A model generated the notes under the pieces. It saw nothing but the letters and a program-made list of their open reading frames with translations. It did no database searches and was not told where the DNA came from. A program made the translations under genes and the position numbers. Below, in pieces: positions 30,142 to 44,405 of a stretch of 64,000 nucleotides of DNA. The number at the start of each line of letters is the position of its first letter. The first letter of the stretch is position 1. The stretch is from Auanema rhodensis (lineage: Eukaryota; Animalia; Nematoda): positions 8,928,001 to 8,992,000 of the forward strand of contig OZ059897.1 of assembly GCA_964057225.1 (NCBI GenBank), read 5' to 3'.

Positions 30142-33100
30142 TTAATTCATTCCAAACTTTGCTGCTAATCTTGGTGTCCTCTTCTTCGATGGTACGGAGG
30201 ATGACTGTGCTTGAATTGCTTCACTTTCTACTTTTACATCTTCGTACTCTTCCGACTTAGAAGAGGCCACCTGGGCCCCTGCTTCAGTTTCAGTTTCTTG
30301 GGCAAGAGCTTTTGATGATTGGACGTGAGATGAATTGGTTTTCTTTCCTTTCGTTCTAATAGGTTTTGAGATCTGCAAGAAAGTTCACTATATAACACAA
30401 TTTTAAATATATTTACAGTGCTGGGCTTCAAATCTGTCAGCTTTGGATGTTGAACATCCTGATGCGTCCTGTTTTGCCACCGTCTACCATTAGGTCTAAC
30501 ATCCCTTGGTCCTCCGGCGTAATTACTTTGAGGATGATCCGCCCGTGGATGATAACGTTGAGAATCCACATCCTCAGATACACTTGGCCCAATTGGCTTC
30601 TTAAATAAAAAATAAGAATATAAGTTAAAACTAACACTAACATCTTCATTTGCAGGCTCCTTTTCCTTTTTTTCTTCCCTTTTTAGTATTCGCAAAATTC
30701 CTGGTTTAACAGGTTGTGCTAAATTTAGAATTTTTTCAAGAACATTTTCTTGTTCTGTCTCTGATTTTTTAGGAAGAACTGAGTCACTTGGTTTTTCAGG
30801 ATTAACTTTAACACTTTCTATCAAAGCTACTGATTCCGGTTTTAATATACTCATCAAAGCCTTCTCACGATTCTCCAAAGTCATTAAAGATGTTTCAGTT
30901 TTCAAATTTTTGTCGGCATCGGAATAAGCAGTATTACGATCATCCAAACGGTTCTGTTTGGGTGACTTCGCTTTTTTCTTCTGCTTCTTATCCGTGGAAG
31001 TAGGTTCACTTTTTTCCGTAACCAAAAGCTTTTGCAATACATCAGCCATTTCATCGGCAAATTCAGCCTTATTTGGGAACCGGGAATCTTTGGTCTCTTG
31101 TGCATTCTGACCAGATCCAATACCAAGAATATTTAAAAGCTCTATTCTAGCTTCCTCCTTCTTAAAAAAACAAGATATGTTAAAGATAAAGACATTCAAT
31201 ATTCTAGCCTGGAATATTTTTTTGCCATCTACTCCACCTTCCGCATATTCAGTTTTGATAGGCTTTGTGGATTTTGCTGAACCTTCTTTCTTGTTGTTCC
31301 TGGTTTTACTGCTCGCGTCGGATTTGAAACTATTTTCATTGTGCGCTGATCCTTTCTAAAAATTATTACAAAAAGAGTCATTTTCAGAAAAAAAAAATTA
31401 ACCTTTGGAAAATCATGTGTCCGACGATTATCCTTATCCTTTCGATGTTTCGAGCCGTCGTGATTACCATTCTTTGCTTTATTATATTTCTCTGGAGTCT
31501 TTGCAGGACCCCAAACTTTGGTAGGGCATTTTCCCATAGAACGTTCTTTTCCGTATGTGATGTTAATAAGTGAACATATAGAAACAGTGGCGCAACATTC
31601 TAGCTTAGATCTTAATAACAGAAATTAAATGAAAACAGGAATAATATCGCACTTCGTATATGCGCCTTTAAATGCCTTATCAAATAGGACTTCGATTGTT
31701 TCGGATTGAATGCCAACTACAGTTCCCTAGAAGAAGAAAAAAATTAAACTGATAAACTAATACAAAGCTCACTTGTAATCCAAACGGCACATTAGAAAAA
31801 GAAGATACATTTACAACACGATCTAATAGTTGGAAATCAACATTTGGCTCAGGAAGTACTTTTCCATTAAAGAGTTCTGCCTATGAAAAGAAGGAAATAA
31901 ATAATAATTTTTAAAAATCTTACCCTAAATAATTTGCTGGGGTTCACGACACTTTTAACCCAAGAAACACTTGGAGACGTTTTTTCCAAGCACTCCTCGA
32001 CATGGGCTGAAACATAATGATGATGATAAGTATAACAAGGTCAGTTTAAATGAACTTGAAATAATGAATTGATAGATGCCTAACATAAGGATGATAAAAA
32101 CGAACCAATCATAATGTTATCGACATATTGAGAGCCAAAACTTTTCAATTCGGCATTTTTCGAGACAACGTCAGATAAGAACGTAGATAATGCTTCCAAC
32201 CGAGACTTAAAACAATTTTTCAGACATACGCAGCTTATTGAAAATTACCACTCTGAGTTCTTCATCTGGCCAGATTTCGCTTGCAAAATATGCATCATCA
32301 CGACATCGTTTGTCCATGTATGATAATAAGTCATTAAATCTAAACATTGCTTCTGGTACATACCGATATCGCAAATCACTTACTTGCACTTATATTCAGT
32401 GAGTACTCGAACACACAAACTGGAATAGCTCCAGTTACCATCTTCGAATTTAGTGTAATTTGGGGCCTGAAGTCCAAGTATAATAAAGGGTGAGTAAAAT
32501 AATTTCTTCTACTTCTAAGCCCTGTTTTGAAGATCGTAAAGATAATCCAACATTGATCTTTTGCTTGTAACTGTTATTACGTTCAAACTCTTCTCTGTTA
32601 CCATCAATCAGAGGAATGAACGCTGTGAGTCGCCCAATCATTATTCGACCGACTGTAAAATATTCAAAGATATATCATTAACGTGTCGAATTATTCACCT
32701 CCAGATCTACGTCCAGCTTCAAATGCAGGGAACCAATGTAAAGAGAATCGGCGATCATTGGATTTCAAGTAACCAATATCGGGCTGATCATAAAGAGCAG
32801 CTGTAACTACTGCACGATCTACAAATTGTAATTATGTAACTGAAAACAAAAAAACTATATCATACTGAATCCATCTTTATTAGTATATTCCTCAATAATG
32901 GTTGGGAAGCCGAAACCCTTCCATCCTGCCTCCATAACAAAAGCCTAGAACATGAAAACATTAGATATTTCCAATAAAAAAAACTACTCACTCTAGATTT
33001 AGGAGGATACGCTTCCATCACACTCATTTCCTTTAATTGTCGACCTTCATCAGATTTGATATCCTAAAAAATAATTAATTTGATACAATATTAGAACAGT

Positions 33101-36100
33101 ATGAAATACCGTCACCAAAAGTGGCAATAAAACAGGGATTAAGGATGACTCTGAACTCCACTGCTTAACGGGTACTACTTTATCCTCCTTAGTTTCATAT
33201 ACAACCCCCAAAAGTCTTTTAACGAATACTACAGCTTCGACTTCTTCAACGTTGATTGCATAACGATGAAGTTGTCTATCAGAAACAGTAGATAATACAA
33301 AATTGTAATACAATATACCTATCTCGAAGATTACGAACATGGCTGTGATATTGAACAATTTCGTCCTCTGTGAGTTTTATCTGAGTCACTTCGTCATATC
33401 TTTGTCTTTGATATTTATAGCTTGGACCCCATATACAGAAAACTTTGCCCATCTGAATAAAGGTGTTAAATTCCCATTTTGTCTTAATTGAAACCTTAAG
33501 AATTGGCCAATCAACGAAAACTTCTTTATCGATTAAGTCAAAAGCTACTTCTAACAAATCTCGGCATAACGCTTCCCGTTTCACGGGCTCAAGAATCATA
33601 GATGGCCTTGTACTGTTAGATTGGAAAACGCATACATTGATCTGAAATTAAGAGCGTAAACTTTTTAAAAATTAAAACAAATTACTTTTTTCAGATATGC
33701 TTTATGTGGAATATGTTTCATTGTTGGGAAGCCTGGGAAGAAAACATCCAACTTAACTTCGGGCAATAAACCCCAAACAACTTTTTCTCGAGGAATTCGG
33801 AATTTGTCCTTATCCACATGTGTTACTCTAGAAGTACAAATAAAAAAATAAAAATAAATTCATAACACGTACATTGCCTTCTTCTGCTCATCTTCAGCAG
33901 TTGAATACTGGAAGAGAAGATGATCACCATGACTATTGCGCTTTTTTTCTTCATCTGTGAGCAAATTCATCTGAAAATCAAAAATAGATCCAAGAATGAT
34001 ATGAAGCAAATGTACTTTCTCACTAATTGCACTCAGCAACCGTTTTTCATCGATAAAAGGAATCAAAACTACAGCTTCCCAATCATTCTTCTTTCCATTT
34101 AAATCAGTTTCGAAGTTTGTTGGGTAAAAGTCAGAAATAACAGACTCCGGTTGCATTAATTCCTGAATTATAACTATAGGATAGTACATTTAAGAAGTCA
34201 TACCCGCAAAACTTTAGGTATACAATCACCTGAAGACTCAGGTAGAACAGCCAATAGCTGTTCGAATGGCTTGAAAGGCTCCGATAACTCGAAAGATAGA
34301 TCCATATCAGCAAAATTTACAACATCAGAAATGTATGGTGCGTAATGGTGAGGAAAATACCTTAACTTGAAGTATGAAAAGAAATAAGATAAAATATTCT
34401 TACCAACTCCAGGATACACATCCATGATAGTAGTAATGAAGAACCCACTGAATAGCACGGACATATCCTTCAGATTGTTGTCGCACTTGATCTCTGGTGA
34501 TATTCTTTAACCTAGAAAAGAAGTCAAATACATCTATTTTGGTGATGACAGAAAACGTACTTCAATTTTTCAGAGTAATAATTCCGTTTGTGCTTCTTGA
34601 ATTCATTGCCAATAGCACGAGACCAAATATTCTAAATGAGATCATTAACTAAAATTTTAAAGTGAATCGAATACTTCTATTCTATTCTCAAACTCTCGTT
34701 CATCCATGTCTTTGAAATCGGCAAGAGCTAAAGCTTCAGCTACCTCATCAACAACAGGATCTTCTTCTAAAAAAACAACAAAATTTTATTGTAGTTTGAT
34801 TATGTAACTTACCATGATCGGCTAATAATTCAGAAGCGCTAGCAATAGGGTCACTATCACTTTGGGTAGTACAGAGCAAATCATCTTCTAAAGTTGAACA
34901 TTCAAAAGTTTGATGACGAATAAAAAACATTACCTTCATCACTAGTTACAAACGCTAAATCTTCATTAGAAATGCTTTCTTGATTGTCAGACTCATCATT
35001 TTCCATATCGGAATCCTCAAATTTTTGTAAATCTTCTTCTTCATAATACATCAGTTCTTCTTCAGCACCAGGCTGAGAAGCACCTTTCTTAGCTCTTAAA
35101 TAAGCAGCATCTTCCATGACCTTAAATTTTAATCAAGTTCAAAAAACATTGAAAAGATACAAACCCGAACAAAACTATTCCTATCATTCATAGCAACAGC
35201 TTTTAAAAATATTTCGAAGCGTTTGAGATTCAAATAACCGGATTCATTTATATAACCTAAAGATATCAAGAACAATTAGTAGATTTAAAGAATTCTAACC
35301 ATCAAGAGTAGGCAAGACCCGCTTATAGGTATCATACAAAAAAGGTAAAGCATCATCGTGAATATGAATATTGGGTAAGTGCGGTAAAAAGTCGTTTCCA
35401 ATTAAAAAGCCCATTAAAATCCAATCGTCAATAACTCTTTCAGTCTCATAATCAAATGGTAAAACACTCTGTACGATTTATTGAATAAAAAAGGATAATG
35501 CACTTAATTTACCTCTAATGATCGGAATTCCCAAGATAAATACTCTCGTAATAACGATAAATGCAAAAGATGGAAAGTGGTATTCGCAGGGCTAGTCCTA
35601 GAAAAAAAAAAACTCTTTAAAAAATTACTTTTTATTTCTAACCGTTTTGCTGGCAGCTTTTTCTTTTTACCTCGACTAGGAGGTGTAAATTTTACTTCCT
35701 CACGGAGAAGTGAAAAATGGGGTTCATGTGAAACCATTCCTAACATAATCTAAATGCATTTCAGTTAAAACCATTTTAAATATAAAGTAACCAAATCAGC
35801 ATCTAAGCCATACATACAGTGCCTAGTATTTGGATCATAGTTTGGATCCGTTTTTTCTGTTCGTATGAAGTCCATGATTTTATGTTCTCCTTCTCCTGGG
35901 CACTATAAATTATTTCTTTTTTTAATTGAGAACTATTATATCTATTTCTTACGTTGTGCCCAGAAAGGAATATTCTTGGACCCTGCCAAGTAGAATCATT
36001 ATTAACCTTCTTTTCTATCCAATCGCACAATCGTTCGTGTAATGTTACCATAAATGTAGTGCCAGGAGTAATACAGTTCTTATCAAAACGCTTTTCAGAA

Positions 36101-36647
36101 GGTAGCTCCTGCTTTTGAGCTTTAGCCTTCTCTTCCTGTTCTTGATCAGTACGAGCTGACCTGAACACAACTCTCAATGTGCTAGCATACATAAAATGTG
36201 CCTTACATGAATCTTCTAGCTCTCTGTTGGTTCATTTTTGCTCTAGGAGCAACACCATCTACAGCCATAAAAAATACCTTTTGAGGGCGTATAATTCGGT
36301 AGAGCTTCTAAAATACATTAATATATTCGACGCAATTTTCAGTTTATGTGAGTTCGTGGTTGCTTCCGAGCTTCTAGTTTTAATAGTTATATATCTTACG
36401 TCAATATATGCAAAAATATCGTTCATTATTTGTTCTTCAGAAATCCTAAAAGTCACGTCGTCATCGTTTGGATGAGAGCAGTTATGTATAATTCCATTCA
36501 TATCCAAATAAAGATTATCGAACTCGGGAATCTGAACAGCTAAATTAACAACAAAACCAGGCATTTTTTAACCTGTGTATTACTAATAACTTCACTAAGG
36601 CATGGATAACGCTCAGAGAGCCACCGATAAAATTTCGGCACTCCCAT
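30142..36647 (-). CDS. xrn-1: 5'-3' exoribonuclease 1, multi-exon
   Basis: '[18 protein letters not shown]', '[22 protein letters not shown]', '[10 protein letters not shown]', 'PGEGEHKIM', '[11 protein letters not shown]', 'PHHYAP', '[29 protein letters not shown]', plus XRN1-type C-terminal domains and a long low-complexity tail. Confidence 0.96.
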
Positions 36648-38201
36648 CTGAAATAGGAAAGCAAAAATAAATAAATCTTATAAACTGCACTACTTCGAAA
36701 TTAAAAGCATGAAATATATAATAGAAAACTTTGAAAAAAAAATCAAAAAGATAATTATCGAACAAGAACGTCTCTGATATAAGAAATAAATTGCTGACTG
36801 CCTTATGAACGGCGAGCGTAACCGGTTGACGTAGCGCGATTTCATAAAAGGAACGCAACAACTTGAAAATTTAAACTAACGAGTATCCCAAAATTCATAA
36901 TAATATTTTTGAAAGTAGTACATTACCTTATTCAGTTCTACGTTATCTTCGTACTACGAATGGTTTGAAATAATATTAAATGGTACCACATGTGTACCAC
37001 ATTTCATGATAACACTAAAATGTTTTTTTTTTCAAACAAAATATATAAGTGGGTTGAAAAAATTTGTTTAATTCTTAAGTTCACGTAGTATTATAGCAAT
37101 CATTTTCCGGAATGAAATCAATTAAGCTTTTTCATATAAAAATAATTTGTCAAAAACATTACAGCGCTTAAAGCGAAAATAGATACGCAATTTCGGCCGA
37201 GCCCTTTCCTAATATAGACTAAATTTTAAATTAAACTATTAATATCTGACAATACAATACTGCTAGGAACCAATAAAATATATATTGTTTGTTCTTCCTG
37301 TTTCTAGCAAGGATCAGCAAAGATATCGATTACCCCGATTAGTCATCTTCTACTTTGGTTGGCGAAAAAAAGTTTGGTTCTAGATAAATTCTCTTGTGCT
37401 GGATAATTCCTCGTAAATTGCAAATTGCAGTTCTGTGACGTATACTATTTTTCCAAGTTGAAGTATATATTTTTTTCTTCTAGTTTCATGACCAAACAAA
37501 CTATAATAGATATTTAAGCATGTTGCTGGTCCAATACTCCTGAAATCATGAATTTTGCTTATCTTTAAACATGACCAATAATGTAAATACAAACTATTTC
37601 AATTTCGATTTTCGTTCCGAAATAAAAATTTGGTTTTGTGCTTAATGCTCAGCACATTTGATGGCGATTAGCTAACTATACGGTGTTGATTTTTCCCCCA
37701 ATAATATTATATATATATATTTATATATATTTATATTTATATACATTCATATTAATTTAATTATATTTAAAAATTTATATCTATTTATAAAACAATATAT
37801 ATTATAAATTGATCATATTTTTCGAGTAAGAGAATGAAAAAATAGCTAAAGTCATACATCTATTGAAAAAAAAGTTTCATCATACCTTTGCAAAACGCAT
37901 CATTTGACACATTCTGTGTCGTTTTTGTGTTCAACATATTAATAATACAATGCCACATAGTGGAATCTACCATACACTCATCAAGCTGATCCTTCTCTAA
38001 TTGTCTCTCCACGTCCTCTTCTCCTTTCTCTTCCTTCTCATCTCTCTCCCTCTTTCCCGATTACTTTTGATGCGGCGTTTAAACAACCTGGGAAATTTCT
38101 ATCAGTCTCCCAATCTGTTCCAATCGACGGTGGTCGTGGAACATTTTTGTTGTTCTCTTCTTGCATGAATATTTGTTTTAAGTAATATTCCATATTTAGA
38201 T

Positions 38202-39041
38202 ATGGTTCATTACAAGCTTAACTACTTCGATGCTCGTGGGGCCGGAGAGATTATTCGTCAGGTTTGATTAATATTTTTGGCGTTGTTATCATGTTTTCTA
38301 GATCTTTAAATATGCTGAACAAGATTTTGAAGATCACAGAATCCCCCGTGAAAATTGGGAGAACATGAAGAATGGTTGTGATAATGTTTAAAACATTGAT
38401 GATAATTGAAGCTTGTAGAAATGCCGTTCGGACAGATGCCTGTATTGGAGGTTGATGGTAAAAAACTTCCCCAAAGTTTTGCTATTGCTCGTTATCTTGC
38501 TCGCCAATTCGGTTTGTGCATAATATTTGATAAAAGACTTATTATCCTTACAGGTTTGGCTGGTAAGAATGCCTGGGAAGAAGCACTAGTAGATGCTTAT
38601 GCTGACCAATACAAGGACTTTATGGTGTCGATAATTCCATTTTTCCGCATGATGGCTGGAATGTTAACAGGAGATATTGTATAAACGTTAATGTAATATC
38701 TGAAAGCCTACTAAATAATTTACAGGAGAAGGAAAAGGCAGAAAGCTTTGAGCCAGCTGTGAAAAAACATTATACATTGTTCGCGCAAGCCATCAAGTCT
38801 AACCCTTCCGGCTACCTGGTAGGTGATGGTGTTACTTGGATTGATCTTTTAATCGCTGAGATGTCTGTGTTTGTCTTCAATAGATCTGATAATGCTGTGA
38901 CTGATTTCCCTGAGGTTTGTTATATCAAACCAATATATAGCATGATCAATCTTTTTTCAGGTAAAAGCTCACCAAGACAAAATTCATGCCATTCCTCAAA
39001 TCAAGAAATGGAGAGAGACTCGCCCTGAAACAAACTTCTAA
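38202..39041 (+). CDS. Glutathione S-transferase, sigma/nu class (copy 1)
   Basis: '[20 protein letters not shown]', '[31 protein letters not shown]', '[13 protein letters not shown]', C-terminal 'RPETNF*'. Confidence 0.93.
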
Positions 39042-40497
39042 TTTTTTATTTGATTGTTACTATCATGCCTTCTGTGTTTGGCTGTAAAGTTTAAAAAAAC
39101 TGTTTAGATAATAGTATTTACTAATAAAGTAGTAATTGATGATTCATTGTACTTTCCTAATTCTGAATTAAACAGGATGACAACATGATTAACTCAATGA
39201 AAACATGATGCTTATATACACTTCGCATATTGCCTATGTCTCCGTTTTCGAACAGCAAATATGAATATGTACGTCACAATTCGCGACCCCGCCTTGTCTA
39301 CTGAAGAACCAACCGTTTCAACTATTTGAGTTCAAGGTTCAATTCAAACAATTTTTTTCAACAATCTCATATTGCTCTATAACAACTTGTATTACAAAGT
39401 GTGTTATAGTACCAATGTACATTGAGTGGAAACTGTAGCTATGTTCATATTCTGAAGCTTGAAGAAACTGAAAAAGTTGGCTATTTTTAGAATTATCTCG
39501 AATCAAAGCTTAAAACCCAATTCTTTAAAAAATCAAAATTTAATTTTGTATTTGTGTTCAATCATATGCAATTAATCTTCCAATGTGCCAAATTTTTCAA
39601 ATATTTACATGTTTATGATACCTGGAGAACAGTTAAAGTGTGCACAGAACTTGATCTAAGCTTCGGTCTGATGAGGCATCTGCTACAGAAAGAAAAGCCC
39701 TGGTTTTTATGTTGCGGACGTTTTTGAATGAAGCTAGGAAACCAGAATTTTCAAATATATTTATATTGAATCTGCTCATTAAAAATTAATTAAGCTGTTC
39801 TAGAAACCTTGTAAGCTTAGTGGAAGATTATATTTCACAGTTGAAAATCTGTTTACATTGTCAAGATTATTGATCTTGATCAATGTTTATTAACCCTGAT
39901 GCGAATGATTTTGAAACTTATTTACTTTAGTAGAAATAAATGACTTCACTTTTGAGATTATATTTCCGAAATAGAACTTTCCTGAGCGCTATGCAATTTG
40001 ATTTGTCATCTTTTTTTTCTAATATGAAAATTCGATTTTTTAAACTACAAAATAGCACAGAATTGCGTTATGATATTTTATAGCACCAATTTTTTATGTA
40101 TCATTCTCTTTTATCTGTATTTTCACTACAACTTGAGCGGGCTGGAGAATTCAGTGACAAATTTCTAATAACATGTTTTAGGTTATAGACTGGAATTATC
40201 TAGAACGAACCTTACATGATTCAATTTGCATGATGAATAGCAAATTAAAAAAGGTTTTCTTAACCTCTGATACGCATAATCAACACTAGAGTCTTGCATT
40301 ATTTCTATTTCTGCTATTTTGGCCGATTTCTCGAGTGTGATAAGTGTGTGATAGCGTTGGCTCCTCCCCTTTTCGTATTCTATATATGCACTCAAGCGCC
40401 AAGTAATACTCAGATATTTGCCTCGTTTTTCGACCGTGTTCGCTGTATATTTGTTATTTTGTTTCGAATTAGCTTTTATTTGCTATTTAAGTTTAAT

Positions 40498-41302
40498 ATG
40501 GTTCACTACAAGTTGCACTACTTCGATGGCCGTGGCCTCGGAGAAACTGTTCGCCAAATCTTTAAATTGGCCGGACAAGATTTTGAGGACTGCAGATATA
40601 ACTTCGAACAATGGGCTACTGTTAAATCAAGTAATATATTACTGCTTATGGATTGGATTAATTTTTTATGAATTAGCTATGCCATTCCAACAAATGCCTG
40701 TCCTTGAATACGACGGAAAATTCCTTCCACAATCCTGCGCTATCAGCAGATTCTTGGCTAAGCAATTTGGTAATTTCGAGTCAAAATTCTGATTTAAAAT
40801 AAAAATATTAAGGCTTTGCTGGAAAGGATGCTCACGAGTCCGCTCTTATTGATGGTTTTGCTGACCAAGTCAAGGATTTCAACAATGAAACTCGCCCATT
40901 CGTTGCTGTTGCTCTTGGATTTGCTGAGGGAGATCTTGTAATATCTCATAATGAGGAAATAGTTGTTACTTGTTAAGTTTATAGGATAAGCTTAGAGAGG
41001 ATGTTTTCCTCCCAGCTGTTAAGAAGCACTTCCCCTTCTTCAACAAGGCTGTAAAGGACAACAAGAGCGGATTCTTGGTAGGAGATTCCATCTCATGGGT
41101 TGATCTTATGGTTGCTGAATCCAATCATGTTCTCTTCGATAAGAACCCTGGTATTTACAACGACTACCCAGAGGTATATCAACATTTTTCATTTTCACAC
41201 AACAATCACATCCTAATTTAGCTCAAGGCTCACTTCGAGAAGATCCATGCTATTCCTCAAATCAAGGCCTGGAGAGAGTCTCGTCCAGTCACCGGCTACT
41301 AA
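40498..41302 (+). CDS. Glutathione S-transferase, sigma/nu class (copy 2)
   Basis: 'MVHYKLHYFDGRGLGETVRQIF', 'MPFQQMPVLEYDGKFLPQSCAISRFLAKQFG', 'GFLVGDSISWVDL', 'RPVTGY*'. Confidence 0.93.
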
Positions 41303-43554
41303 ATTCTAAAAACTTGTTCATCTCAAGATAATGCATGTATCTCTCAATAAATGCTTTTTACTTTGTCCAGTGTACGAACTATGATCAAAACAACATGTTT
41401 GTTTAAGATATAAGTCTGATATACTATTCATATATCATAGATAACAACCTTTTGGCATCATTTTCGATATTTATCGCTGCCCAAAGTTGATTATACGGTC
41501 TTCCTGATTGGTTCCGATAATCGATTTTCGAGAAAATAGGTTCTACCTGTTTTATTTATTCTACCTGAAGTTTGATGTTTCCACATATATAGTCATCATT
41601 TCTATAGACTACATAGAACAATGTTTGAAAATGTTGATATAGATTTCTACTTTGAAATAAGTTCGAGAAACAGTGTTAAAAGAAACTATAAGCAAACCCA
41701 AACGCTTTAGCATATTGGTGTCAGTGTTCTGAATGTCGGTGCTGTGATATAAATTTCATTTATATATTAAGAAAATTTGGTTTCAGGATCAAAAACTTCA
41801 ATGGGGTCATTGTGATTAAAAGCTTCAAAGCTGACCAATAATCAATTCATTCATATTTGGACAAGTTTTTACTAATTTTGCCATTGGTTGCCTGGCAAAC
41901 AGCTAGTCAGCATTGGAGTCCACTAGAGAATTCTGACAAGAAGTAAGTTGAATCGATAATTTTGGTTTCAAACTTAAGGAAAAACAGAGCAGAGACATAC
42001 CTGAGTATCATCTGTCATGTTTACTCCGCTAATCAACAATTCATGAATTGTTCTTGGTGTATTACCTTTATTTCTCAGAATGGCATTGACCAAAAACATC
42101 TTTTTCTTTATATATCTTTTTTTTGTTGGAAAAATTCCAATTTGTTATCATTTGTTTTGAACTTATATCATTATTATCTTCATCAGGTAGCGGTATCATA
42201 GTTTCTAATTTAAACAAAGATTCTCCTTGTTTCTTGGTTATAACATGGTTATATAAAATGAATTACCAGGCTTCTTTGTCACAACTATTTTCATATATTA
42301 TGCTTGTTGTAACTTTCTATAAGTTAGCGGTTCTGCATCTAATAGGCAATCAAGAGAACTTGATAGCAACTTCAATATGTGTACCTCCAACCGATTTCAC
42401 TGCTAAGCGATCATTTTCCGGTTACAATAAACGTAAATGAGTTCATTAGCTGTAGGTGTATGACCAACAACCAAGATTGCATATTTTAAACATTTATCTA
42501 CTTGCTAAAGCAAAATATAATTTATACTTTGGATTGCTATCTGTTTTCTGTCTCTGAAATGGCACACTCTTCATGGCTTCTTTCCCTTCATATAATTACA
42601 TTTGCTTGATATAATCAATGGTTTATCATTTTTAACTATACGATTACTACAATATAATCTTTTTTTATAATAAAATAAAGATTTAGATTGATTATTATAT
42701 ATTAAACATTGCGAAATATGCAACCGATTAAAATAATTATATTTATGAATTACCACGTCAACTTTGCGTCATCCGGAAATTATTTAATTTTCAGAGTTTG
42801 ACATAAAGCTGTTGAATTGGTTTCAGATTATTTGAAAAGAATGAATGATAATTCTTTTCTTAAATTTACAATATCATTATAATTGAATGTGTCATAGATA
42901 CACATATGTATACGAATACCTTCTCATCATCTTTTGTATGTATTTATATACAAACATATGATAACAAACATTTAGTATAGTTAATCATCAAAAATTTGTT
43001 TCTATGTACATATGTATATTCAAAATTGGTTCAACTTGAAATAGGCTTTATATGGTCAATGAAACAAATAGATGGCATATAGTATATCTCCTTTATGAAC
43101 CAATATCCGATTGGTTAAAATTGAGCTCTGAAATAGATCTCCACATAATTTGAGTATCCCCGTAACGAGTATACAAGATTATCTGAAAAAAGGATTTGAT
43201 GATAAGTTGCTAAGTAGGTTAAGAGCAATCCAACATGATTAGATGACATAAGTGTTGCATAGATAAAGAGAAGAAATATCATAATCATGAACAATGATGC
43301 AAAAATATTGAAGAGTTTCTGCTGTGTTTGTCGATTTTCCTCACATTTTCGATCTAATAAGATTTTATTATATATCAACTAATTCTGATTTCTCTTTGTG
43401 AGTCATAAAGAAACAAGAAAAGCCTAAACTAAAAGGCAGAAATTGTGTTTTTTAAATCTTAAATATTGTGAATGTTTGATTATTTTGAAATAAACATCGA
43501 ACGAAGTATAAATTGTCATATTCTATCATATGCAATATCAAATGGTAGCATATG

Positions 43555-43705
43555 TTGTCATGTGCGATGAACCTCGGACGCTCCCCTATTAGAGGCCTCA
43601 GAACATCACTTCAAACTACAATATATGTGTTTCTGAATTTTTGTAGTTTGTGTGAAAAGATATGAAGGTCTCTAATGGGTGTCCGAGGTTTATCGCACAC
43701 GACTG
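43555..43705. mobile_element. Fold-back MITE (~150 bp) with Tc1/mariner-like TIR
   Basis: Left arm GTCATGTGCGATGAACCTCGGAC...ATTAGAGGCCT...CAAACTACAA mirrors right arm TTGTAGTTTG...AGGTCTCTAAT...GTCCGAGGTTTATCGCACACGACTG, followed by TA. The left terminus is decayed. Confidence 0.75.
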
Positions 43706-44166
43706 TATCTCATCATTGATGCAGTATTAGAACAGTGAAGTAAAGCGTACAAAACTTAATTAAATGTTATAATATGTTTCAGTACTGCAGAGCCATTTCT
43801 TTATTTCTTATTAACAGAATACAGGTATGAGGAAGTTTATAAAATGGAAAGAGAGAGATAAAATATTAATGTCTATATGCAAAACTAATTGAACTTCATA
43901 TGGCACTACCAATATATAGCAATAGATTTCATCAAAGCACAAGAGATACTACTTATAACTTGATTAATTTATCAACTATGAACGATCTTGATTTATTTGA
44001 CCCTGTTTAGTGGACGGCCAGCTCCTTTTCATAATTTTAGAGGCTTGCTGTATAGTAAGTTGAAGCAGTTCTAGATGAGTTAACTATTCTACTATTCAAC
44101 ATTGATAGCAAAGCAAAGATTTGAAATGTTGAGATAATGAAATATAATCTATACGACATATACATA

Positions 44167-44284
44167 CAGTCCTGTGTGATGAAACTGGCAAAAAAAATCT
44201 CTCGTATCGTTTGAAAGAATCTACAAAAAGCTCAGAAAAACAAGACTTTCTCAAGAGGTGTCACACATTCATCGCACAGGACTG
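44167..44284. mobile_element. 118-bp MITE with 17-bp TIRs and TA target-site duplication
   Basis: TA|CAGTCCTGTGTGATGAA ... TTCATCGCACAGGACTG|TA (16/17 inverted match). Confidence 0.85.
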
Positions 44285-44405
44285 TAAATATTAGTTTCTT
44301 GTATGAAATAAAAATAGAAAGTTCTTAAGGTTTATTAGATATAATTATAAAATGAAATTGGACATTAGTTTTAATTTGTTACAAATAAATTATACAATTG
44401 AAAAC

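Noticed and set aside
39377-39424. Imperfect 33-bp palindrome plus a 12-bp palindrome
   Set aside because: AT-rich, single-copy and too short for a pre-miRNA or MITE call.
39670-39745. CTGATGAG hammerhead-ribozyme-like core (also near 9442 and 10072)
   Set aside because: No stem II closed by GAAA and no stem I/III pairing could be built.
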